From: a plasmid
Direction: 5' to 3' (one strand)
Sequence record: NZ_CP087960.1
Length of the DNA stretch: 64,000 bases
Part shown: positions 57,345-64,000 of the stretch, piece after piece
Layout of the letters: each line of letters begins with the position of its first letter
How positions within the stretch are numbered: the first letter of the stretch is position 1
Position numbers and translations under genes: made by a program
The notes under the pieces: generated by a model
What the model saw: only the letters and a program-made list of their open reading frames with translations
Databases searched by the model: none
Told to the model about the DNA's origin: nothing

Positions 57345-57513
57345 TTATCGCATAGGCAATAGCTACACGAATAACAAAAATGCCTAGCGCACCTAAGAAA
57401 ATACTTAGTGCTACAGCAACTACTATCACTTGGCAGTCTAACTCTCCAGTCCACCCAATTTTGCATAGGCTTCCACCTCCGTAACTTAAATTGTTTGAAG
57501 GGTGTGTAGCCAT
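57319..57513 (-). CDS. small hydrophobic peptide (64 aa from ATG; 37 aa if GTG-initiated) with C-terminal TM helix and KKANHKD tail; type I toxin-like or bacteriocin-like
   Basis: Translation '...DCQVIVVAVALSIFLGALGIFVIRVAIAYAIIKKANHKD'. No SD before the ATG at 57513. An out-of-frame ATG with strong SD lies inside. Confidence 0.4.
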   Translation of the reverse strand: MATHPSNNLSYGGGSLCKIGWTGELDCQVIVVAVALSIFLGALGIFVIRVAIAYAIIKKANHKD

Positions 57514-57611
57514 GCTAAAGTTACTAAGTTCTAACAGGAGCTACCTGTTGTTTTGAACCTAATATTATTCTACTAAAATCTACTCATGCTTAAAACCGTA
57601 AATATGCATAA

Positions 57612-57647
57612 AAGGAGATTGCTTTACGAAGCAATCTCCTTTTTTAG
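57612..57647. terminator. bidirectional intrinsic terminator (ggagattgc-tttacgaa-gcaatctcc)
   Basis: 9-bp perfect stem with T/A runs on both sides. Confidence 0.5.
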
Positions 57648-58187
57648 TTGATCCATACCGTCTTTATTTTTCAAATACCGCAGAATTAAAACAACTATTG
57701 CGCAATAAAGTTAACCAAATAGCATCTTTTCCATAACATAACCAACAATCAAAGACAAAATTATGAAAATACTCAACAAACAAAAAATTATAAAGTCCGT
57801 ATTCATTTTCTTCATTTCTTAACTATTTAATATTTATAATTTTCTAAGATCTACAAATATATTCTTTAAATTCCGACTATCCATTTTGCGTTTTCCTTTT
57901 GATAATATCCTCTAAGATTAACACCTTCATTTGTTTATATATCGGTTGATGAAAAATTATAAAGATTTAATCTTCATGTCCATGCTAAGCTTTATAACTA
58001 TAAAGATACTATTTACTTATGACAAAAAATGATAAGAACATATTATGATCGCAGCATATAAATAATATTATAATCATATTTGAATCTGATTGGATTTTTA
58101 AAAGCATGCTATTGCAATAATATAGTTATATTATATTTATCTAGATATTAATATTATATAAAAGGTATAAGGATAGGATTTTTGTGC

Positions 58188-58330
58188 AAAGAAAAAGCCT
58201 AAAAAGCTTGATACTATGCAGCTTTTTAGGCTTTATTCTGTTATAGGTATCCTTTATGGAAACTTTTGGTAAGTGTGCTAAATTAGCTATTTGATAAAGC
58301 AGTCCATCTAGGCTGTTTTTTGATGCTATT
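58188..58330. repeat. repeated non-coding element, copy 1 (15-bp-stem hairpin aaagcctaaaaagct/agctttttaggcttt plus a conserved ~80-bp tail)
   Basis: Near-identical to 59408-59470, with a more diverged tail at 59515-59710. Confidence 0.55.
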
Positions 58331-58632
58331 CAACGTAGTTAGAATTATAATACTTTTTATATTACGTTAAGCAAGATAATTGTAATAGTTTAGTATTATT
58401 TTAATAATATCAAAGCAATATAACATATAGAATGAAATATATATTTATTGATTAACATCAAAATAATTTAAAGGTTTACCAAATTTGTCAAGGCGTGGAG
58501 TAATAGATATGCTCGGACCATAGGATAGAACAATATATTCTACGCCAGTCTCTTCATCGTAAGCAACATTATAGTCTATAGTCGGGTTGTACAGATCATT
58601 TAATTTTTTCATGTATCAATGCAATCCTTTCC

Positions 58633-58911
58633 TTAATATTTTTTTCTTTTTAAGTCGTCATGATTACCGGTATCAATCAAGATCAAGATCAATTCTCCAG
58701 TATTTTTATCAAAAGTATATTCTAGAAGCCAGTCATTTTGAATATGTAGTTCATAATAGTTAGTTAACTTATGTGCTTTATGCTTTTTTAATAATTTTTT
58801 ATCTCTAGTTACTATTGCAGTTACGCATTCGTCTAATAATTGAAGGTTATAGTGCTTCTTTTTTAATTTTTTTAGGGATTTTTTGTATAAAGGCGTAAAT
58901 TTAATTCTCAT
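58633..58911 (-). CDS. yafQ: type II toxin, YafQ/RelE family
   Basis: 'HKLTNYYELHIQNDWLLEYTFDKNTGELILILIDTGNHDDL' matches the YafQ consensus, including the 'dimer-less' HxLxG...H.Q.DWLL.Y pattern. 92 aa. 11-nt overlap with the upstream antitoxin. Confidence 0.75.
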   Translation of the reverse strand: MRIKFTPLYKKSLKKLKKKHYNLQLLDECVTAIVTRDKKLLKKHKAHKLTNYYELHIQNDWLLEYTFDKNTGELILILIDTGNHDDLKRKKY

Positions 58912-59161
58912 CCAGTGAATAGAGATCCTTTCTAAAATCTTCTAAAGAATCATATTCACCTGCATATTCATGATTTTTAACTTGTTCTAATGCTTTATCC
59001 AATTCACTTCTACCAACACTTGGAGTAAAAGGTAATTTTCCGTGTTGATTTATATATATAAAATACATCTTAGTAGCTGTAGTCATGTCTAATCCCATTT
59101 TTTCCAAATTAGACTTGGTTTCCTCTTTTAACTTGTTATCAATACCTAAAGTTACTGGCAT
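58901..59161 (-). CDS. dinJ: type II antitoxin, DinJ/RelB family
   Basis: 'MPVTLGIDNKLKEETKSNLEKMGLDMTTATKMYF' is a RelB/DinJ RHH N-terminus. Acidic C-terminus. Coupled to yafQ. Confidence 0.7.
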   Translation of the reverse strand: MPVTLGIDNKLKEETKSNLEKMGLDMTTATKMYFIYINQHGKLPFTPSVGRSELDKALEQVKNHEYAGEYDSLEDFRKDLYSLDEN

Positions 59162-59407
59162 TTTACATCATCCTCCTTTATGTCTTACGTACATTATATA
59201 TTAAATATACTAATAAAGCAATATAATATAATAAAATCATATGTATGATATAAAGTCTACAGAGCGTAATTTTTTTGCATTAAGTCAGGTCACAATAATA
59301 TTTTAATATTATTTATTAAGTTCAAATATATTGTCATAAAATTACGGCAATCGCATTCAAAATAATATTATTATATTGTAATTATCATGCTATGGTCTGA
59401 TTATAAG

Positions 59408-59710
59408 ATAAAGAAAAAGCCTAAAAAGCTTGATACTATGCAGCTTTCTAGGCTTTATTCTGTTATAATTTAAATAGTGCAGGTCAGAAATTTCGCGAAC
59501 CTAATTCATAACAAAGAGGTGTCCTTTACGGAAACTTTTTGTAAGTGTGCTGGTTGGCAACGCATTGGCCTGCGTTGGGATAGTAGCACTAAGCTGATTT
59601 ACCAACCTGACTATTGAAGTAATTACCTCAATCTTCAGAAGTAATTATAGCATGAATTAGCTATCTAATAAAGCAGTCAAGATTTTCTTGGCTGTTTTTT
59701 TGATGCTGTT
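59408..59710. repeat. repeated non-coding element, copy 2 (contains an extra ~110-bp insertion with hairpin caacgca-ttggcc-tgcgttg)
   Basis: Seen in sequence; aligns with 58188-58330. Confidence 0.55.
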
Positions 59711-59914
59711 AAAAGTAATCAGCTTTTTAGCACTATTTTTATGCTATGTTAAACTACATAATTATATTTTTTAAATATCATCATAATAATATAAAAAGAG
59801 TAAACTTATAATACTTTTTATATTACTATTATATTATAGTAAATAGCATTACTCATAATATCTGATGAGCACAAAAAAAGCAGAATCTAAAGCAATAATT
59901 TTAGGTTCTGCGTA

Positions 59915-60277
59915 TTATTTATGCTTATTTTTGTTTTGTCTGATTCGTTCATTTATCAAATCTAATATTTCTTGACCTGTAATCTTTTTACCGTCAGCAG
60001 TAAAGATGTCTTTACTAGTAATTTTGTGAACTTTTTCATCTTCCTCATTCTTTTCTTCTGGTAGCATTTCTGTACCAGGATATCCTAGGAGCCAAGTTGG
60101 ATTAACATTTAGCGCTTTTGCAATCTTGTAAACCTTATCTTGTTTGGGATTTGCTTTATTGTTTATGTATTGGCTTAATATGCTTCGTGAAAATCCGGTT
60201 TGTCTACTTAACTCTGCAGCAGTCATTTTTCTATAGTCTAACGCTTTTCTTATGCGTGCAGAAAAATTATCATTCAT
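59915..60277 (-). CDS. XRE-family HTH transcriptional regulator (cI-like repressor, 120 aa)
   Basis: 'RIRKALDYRKMTAAELSRQTGFSRSILSQYINNKANP' is an HTH_XRE motif. Confidence 0.75.
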   Translation of the reverse strand: MNDNFSARIRKALDYRKMTAAELSRQTGFSRSILSQYINNKANPKQDKVYKIAKALNVNPTWLLGYPGTEMLPEEKNEEDEKVHKITSKDIFTADGKKITGQEILDLINERIRQNKNKHK

Positions 60278-60382
60278 TTTTATCGCCTCAATATAAAAAT
60301 AAATAAAAAAATAAAAATATATTTCTATTTTATCATTTATTGAGGGAAAAAAGACGTTGCAAAAAGGAATAATCGAGAGTAT

Positions 60383-60520
60383 ATTTTAAATTGAGTTAAA
60401 AAAGTTTAACAAAATAGGTTCCTTATTTTTTTAGATTTGTTGTTAAAAAAACTTAACAAAATAGGTACAAAAGAAGAGCCTTTTATTTTTTTGAATATAA
60501 GTTAAAAAAATTAAACATAA
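60383..60520. repeat. three ~24-bp direct repeats 'gttaaaaaa(g/a)tttaacaaaataggt' in the divergent promoter region
   Basis: Seen in sequence between the XRE gene and ORF 60542. Operator or centromere-like iterons. Confidence 0.5.
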
Positions 60521-60541
60521 ATTTAAGAGGAGAGGATTTAA

Positions 60542-60889
60542 ATGAAAATCAAAGGTAATGCAATTAAATTCGAGGATTTTAAAAGCAAGTTTAACCAAGC
60601 AAGCAAAGACTTTGGAAAAATCTTTGAATCACGGAAATTAGCAAATAAGACGCTAACGCAGTCAATTAATGACTTGTGCAATAAGTATGGCTTTAAAGCA
60701 GAAAGTACAGTCCATTATTTATTTAAAAATGGTAAGTATACCATCACAACTAAGCTTTTCGATTTAGAAACAGGTTTTGAAATTGAAACCATGAATACAA
60801 CTGATATTGATGTTCGTGAGGCATCGATTCAAAATTTAATCCTATTATTTGATGAAAAATTACCAGATTACTATGTTGGCGTGCGTTGA
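60542..60889 (+). CDS. hypothetical protein (115 aa)
   Basis: ORF with GGAGAGGA RBS. Precedes the rep gene. Confidence 0.35.
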   Translation: MKIKGNAIKFEDFKSKFNQASKDFGKIFESRKLANKTLTQSINDLCNKYGFKAESTVHYLFKNGKYTITTKLFDLETGFEIETMNTTDIDVREASIQNLILLFDEKLPDYYVGVR

Positions 60890-60916
60890 GTATGTGTTTG
60901 AAAGGGAGAATACGTC

Positions 60917-62089
60917 ATGACTATTACTAGTTCAAGCAGATTATTAATTAATGAGAATCCATTGCAGGTATTGCCATCGCTTGCTGTCGCTTTAAAGAAC
61001 GTCAATGAAGCTATCATGCTTCAGCAAGTTCAATATTGGCTTTCACGTTCAACTAAGGCGTTTGAAGGTCGAAAATGGGTCTATAACACCATTGATGATT
61101 GGAAAATGCAATTTCCTTGGATGACAGAAAAAACCATTCGGAATCGTTTTAGTTCACTAATTGAAAAGAAAGTAATTATTACTTCCAATTTCAATCGTGC
61201 AGGATTTGATCGAACTAAGTGGTACACAATTGATTACGATAAACTAAATTCTCTCGTAAATGATCAAGATAATATTGAAAATAGTGCTGAAAAGCCTGAT
61301 ATGACGCATTCGGAAAAAAGTTCCGAATCGAACCGGAAAAAAGTTCCGGATCGATCCGGTAAAAAGTTCCAGATCGAAGTGGAAGAAAGTTCCGAATGCA
61401 ACCGGAAAAAAGTTCCGAATGCATTCGGTAAAAGTTACCAAATGGAACCGGAAAAAGTTACCGGACCTATACCAGAGACTACCAGAGACTACTCAGAGAT
61501 TACACAAGAGAATATTCGTTCATCTGCTAAAGCCGATGAACCTGTTTCTCAATCTAAAAAATTAACCCCAACTCAAATTATTGAGCAAGAGTTCGAACAA
61601 CTATGGACTATTTATCCTAGAAAAGTTGCTAAGAAAAAAGCGTTATCTCATTACAAAGCTTGGCGCAAAGAAAGTAAGGACCATACTTACGCTGTTATGC
61701 GGAATAAGCTAGAAACTTACTTGAAATATATTAAAATTAATGACTTGCCAATGCGGTTTATTCAAATAGGCTCTACATGGTTTAATGGTCGATTCGATGA
61801 TGAACTTGATTTAACGCCTCAAAAATCAAGTAATCAACGCTACAAGCAAATTAAGCCTGTACGTAAGGCGATGGACTGGGAAGCCTATGCTGCTGAACAT
61901 GATGCGGTTGAATCAGAACCAAAGATGAGTGACGAAGAAATGAATGCTATTTTTAAAGAATTTAGTAGTAATGCCGACACTAATACTTTGAACGATGCTG
62001 AACACGGCAATTCTATGTCTGCTAACGTAGAAGACTCTAAATTGAGTGAAGATATGCAGCAACTTTACCACGAATGGGGAATTGATTAG
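60917..62089 (+). CDS. RepA_N-family plasmid replication initiator (390 aa) with internal iteron origin
   Basis: The N-terminal domain resembles the RepA_N (pAD1 RepA / pCF10 PrgW type). Six to seven 22-bp tandem repeats lie inside the central coding region. Confidence 0.6.
   Translation: MTITSSSRLLINENPLQVLPSLAVALKNVNEAIMLQQVQYWLSRSTKAFEGRKWVYNTIDDWKMQFPWMTEKTIRNRFSSLIEKKVIITSNFNRAGFDRTKWYTIDYDKLNSLVNDQDNIENSAEKPDMTHSEKSSESNRKKVPDRSGKKFQIEVEESSECNRKKVPNAFGKSYQMEPEKVTGPIPETTRDYSEITQENIRSSAKADEPVSQSKKLTPTQIIEQEFEQLWTIYPRKVAKKKALSHYKAWRKESKDHTYAVMRNKLETYLKYIKINDLPMRFIQIGSTWFNGRFDDELDLTPQKSSNQRYKQIKPVRKAMDWEAYAAEHDAVESEPKMSDEEMNAIFKEFSSNADTNTLNDAEHGNSMSANVEDSKLSEDMQQLYHEWGID
61300..61500 (+). 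repeat. 22-bp iterons 'ggaaaaaagttccgaat(c/g)(g/c)a(a/t)(c/t)c' x6-7 plus 10-bp 'accagagact' x2 inside repA_N
   Basis: Seen directly. Corresponds to the repeated peptide 'SESNRKKVPDRSGKKFQIEVEESSECNRKKVPNAFGKSY'. Confidence 0.65.
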
Positions 62090-62350
62090 GTGGTGAGAAG
62101 TTTGAAAAGACTAAGAAAATTAAGGCAAGAAAAAAAGCTGACTTTGAAAGAAGTCAGTCAGAAATTGAACAATTATGGGTTGGATCTTTCTCCTGATGCA
62201 CTAGCCAAATATGAGCGAGGCGATAGAGAACCAAAGCTGGAAACATGGCAAAAATTAGCTGATTTTTTTGAAGTCTCAGTACCATATCTGCATTTGCAAG
62301 GGTTTGTTGTAAATATTGTTAAATTATATAAAGGAGAATGTTATGCCTAA
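62090..62350 (+). CDS. XRE-family HTH regulator (86 aa)
   Basis: 'LRQEKKLTLKEVSQKLNNYGLDLSPDALAKYERGDREP' is HTH_XRE. Confidence 0.6.
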   Translation: MVRSLKRLRKLRQEKKLTLKEVSQKLNNYGLDLSPDALAKYERGDREPKLETWQKLADFFEVSVPYLHLQGFVVNIVKLYKGECYA

Positions 62351-62561
62351 TTGGACTTCAAATACAGTAACTTTTAATGCAAATAAAAAAGACTATCAAC
62401 GTGTAATTGACCGTTTAACTAAAGAAAATACTGATACTAAAGTTAACGAAGCAAGAATGCTAAAGCTAGTTAAAATTAGAAATATCAAAAATCCAATTTT
62501 TGGTTTTGAACAATTGCTATTTGATACAAAAATGGGATGGCATACTAATAAAATTCGTTGA
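62316..62561 (+). CDS. hypothetical protein (81 aa); stop codon supplied by IS30 copy 3
   Basis: The ORF ends 'NKIR-stop' where TGA lies within the first 6 bp of the IS, so its C-terminus may be truncated by the insertion. Confidence 0.3.
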   Translation: MLNYIKENVMPNWTSNTVTFNANKKDYQRVIDRLTKENTDTKVNEARMLKLVKIRNIKNPIFGFEQLLFDTKMGWHTNKIR

Positions 62562-63745
62562 TTGTAAAATCAAATTGAACACTTTAGAAAAATAAAAAGT
62601 CCATTCGGACCTGTTTGATAGAATGTTAATAACCACAAAAACTTTCTATTGGAGGTCAAAATGGACTCTTTACATTCTACCATGAACCAGCACGTTAAAG
62701 GAAAGCATTTATCATTTGAAGAGCGAGTTATTATTCAATTGCGTTTGAAAGATGGCTGCTCTTTGCGTGCAATTGCTCGTGAACTCAACTGTTCTCCTTC
62801 TACTATCAGTTATGAGATTAAACGTGGCACTGTAAAACTGTATCATGGTAAAGTCAAAAGATACAAGGCTACTCAAGGACATGATGTATATCAAGCTCAT
62901 CGTAAAAATTGTGGGCGCAAATCAGACTTTCTCAAAAAAACTCAATTTATTCACTATGTCCACAAACATTTCTTTAAAGACGGTTGGTCGCTTGATGTTT
63001 GCAGTAATCGTGCCACTGCTGCTGGCGAATTCTCTAGCAGCGATGTTGTCTGCACCAAAACTCTTTATAATTACGTTGATAAGGGCTTATTAGGCATTTA
63101 TAATTACGACTTGCCTGAGAAGCTTAAACGCAATACCAAGCTTCATCGTGTTCGCAAAAACAAGAAAAAGCTTGGCAGAAGTATTGAAGAACGTCCAAAA
63201 GAAATTAGTGAACGTAATGAATTCGGTCATTGGGAATGCGATTTGGTTCTTGGACATAAGACTAAAGATGATGAAGTGCTGTTAACCTTATCTGAGCGCA
63301 TGAGTCGTGAATTCTTAATTATTCGTATTCCCGACAAGACTTCTATCAGTGTCATGCAAGCCTTTAAAGAACTCCAAAGACAATACAGTGAACACTGGAA
63401 TGATATTTTTAAAACTATTACCACTGATAATGGTTCAGAATTTGCGGATCTGTCCAACCTAGAAGAAGCATCCAATACACTGGTTTACTATGCCCATCCT
63501 TACACTTCTTGTGATAAGGGAACAGTTGAAAGACACAATGGTCTTATTCGCAGATTCATTCCTAAAGGAGAAGCAATAGCTAACTATTCTTTACAAAATA
63601 TCATTGATATTGAAACCTGGTGCAACTCATTGCCAAGAAAGATCTTAGCTTATCATACACCAGATGAAATCTTTGAAAGAGAATTAGATCGAATCTATCA
63701 AGCAGCTTAACCAAAAGTGTTCAATTTATTATTGCAATTTACGAA
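62556..63745 (+). mobile_element. IS30-family insertion sequence, copy 3
   Basis: Identical to copies 1 and 2. No flanking direct repeat detectable ('ctaataaaatt' on the left, 'tagaatttaaa' on the right). Confidence 0.8.
62649..63710 (+). CDS. IS30-family transposase (identical copy)
   Basis: Identical to 2498..3559. Confidence 0.9.
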   Translation: MEVKMDSLHSTMNQHVKGKHLSFEERVIIQLRLKDGCSLRAIARELNCSPSTISYEIKRGTVKLYHGKVKRYKATQGHDVYQAHRKNCGRKSDFLKKTQFIHYVHKHFFKDGWSLDVCSNRATAAGEFSSSDVVCTKTLYNYVDKGLLGIYNYDLPEKLKRNTKLHRVRKNKKKLGRSIEERPKEISERNEFGHWECDLVLGHKTKDDEVLLTLSERMSREFLIIRIPDKTSISVMQAFKELQRQYSEHWNDIFKTITTDNGSEFADLSNLEEASNTLVYYAHPYTSCDKGTVERHNGLIRRFIPKGEAIANYSLQNIIDIETWCNSLPRKILAYHTPDEIFERELDRIYQAA

Positions 63746-64000
63746 TAGAATTTAAATACAATAATTATACTTTAAGGATATTATTATTCTATTATTTATA
63801 GTGCGATAGCTATGCTATAAAAAGATTAGGTTTATATTATTTGTCATTAACGTAGCTTTATAATAATGTTTCAAAATACTATATTGAATTTTCAACTATT
63901 TTACAAAAACAAACAAAGCTTATTTACTTGTGTTAAAGGTTAACAAGTATATAAGCTTTGTTATTGTCCGTTGTCACTAGTTCTTGTCACTATTGACTTT

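Noticed and set aside
57319-57455. 44-aa, 8-Cys peptide from the out-of-frame ATG with strong SD inside the small hydrophobic ORF
   Set aside because: The +1 frame of a codon run rich in GTT/GCT/ATT hydrophobic codons naturally yields TGT/TGC codons. The in-frame TM helix + basic tail is a far less likely chance product. Kept only as a note in the type-I-toxin finding.
61300-61500. CRISPR array (regular 22-bp repeats)
   Set aside because: The repeats are contiguous iterons without spacers and lie inside a RepA_N-type rep gene. No cas genes are present in the window.
1-64000. The window being a wrapped-around circular plasmid, given IS copies near both ends
   Set aside because: Sequences flanking copy 1 (2391-2404) and copy 3 (62541-62555 and 63746 onward) are unrelated, so the ends do not overlap.

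Overview
The window is low-GC, Lactobacillus-like accessory DNA with a mosaic, plasmid/ICE-like organisation. Everything below rests on motif recognition by eye; no database searches or structure predictions were run. Organism assignment is inference from GC content and gene content only.

What is in the window:
- Three identical IS30-family elements of about 1.19 kb (2405-3594 on +, 9889-11078 on -, 62556-63745 on +). Copy 2 splits a type IA topoisomerase gene.
- Type II TA modules at the left end (DinJ-like antitoxin run, 660-1692) and at 58.6-59.2 kb (dinJ-yafQ).
- A compact class III/IV lanthipeptide-like cluster (3833-7992): a divergently encoded precursor peptide with an 'LIELQ' leader motif, a LanKC-like synthetase and an ABC exporter.
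- A roughly 42 kb, entirely minus-strand conjugative module (11056-53502) with:
  - leading-region genes (topoisomerase, Toprim primase-like protein, HExxH 'polyvalent' protein, orphan Dcm methyltransferase, secreted GH32);
  - a MOBP/Q-type relaxase with accessory RHH proteins;
  - a Gram-positive T4SS (VirD4, VirB6, VirB3, VirB4, PrgK-like hydrolase, thioredoxin);
  - at its head, a sortase-dependent pilus operon (two sortases, three pilin/adhesin genes) and a PrgA-like LPxTG coiled-coil protein.
- Immediately beyond it, six tRNA-like elements (54.5-56.4 kb, minus strand). Each has a canonical acceptor/T arm, and each unit carries its own acceptor-stem sequence that stays complementary (covariation), but the anticodon regions are expanded to non-canonical size.
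- A candidate type I toxin/antisense locus (57.25-57.5 kb).
- A RepA_N-type theta replicon (60917-62089) with iterons inside the rep gene, plus two XRE regulators.

The most unusual observations are the tRNA-like array, the pilus operon embedded in the T4SS module, the IS-split topoisomerase with 11-13 bp flanking duplications, and several repeated structured intergenic modules.
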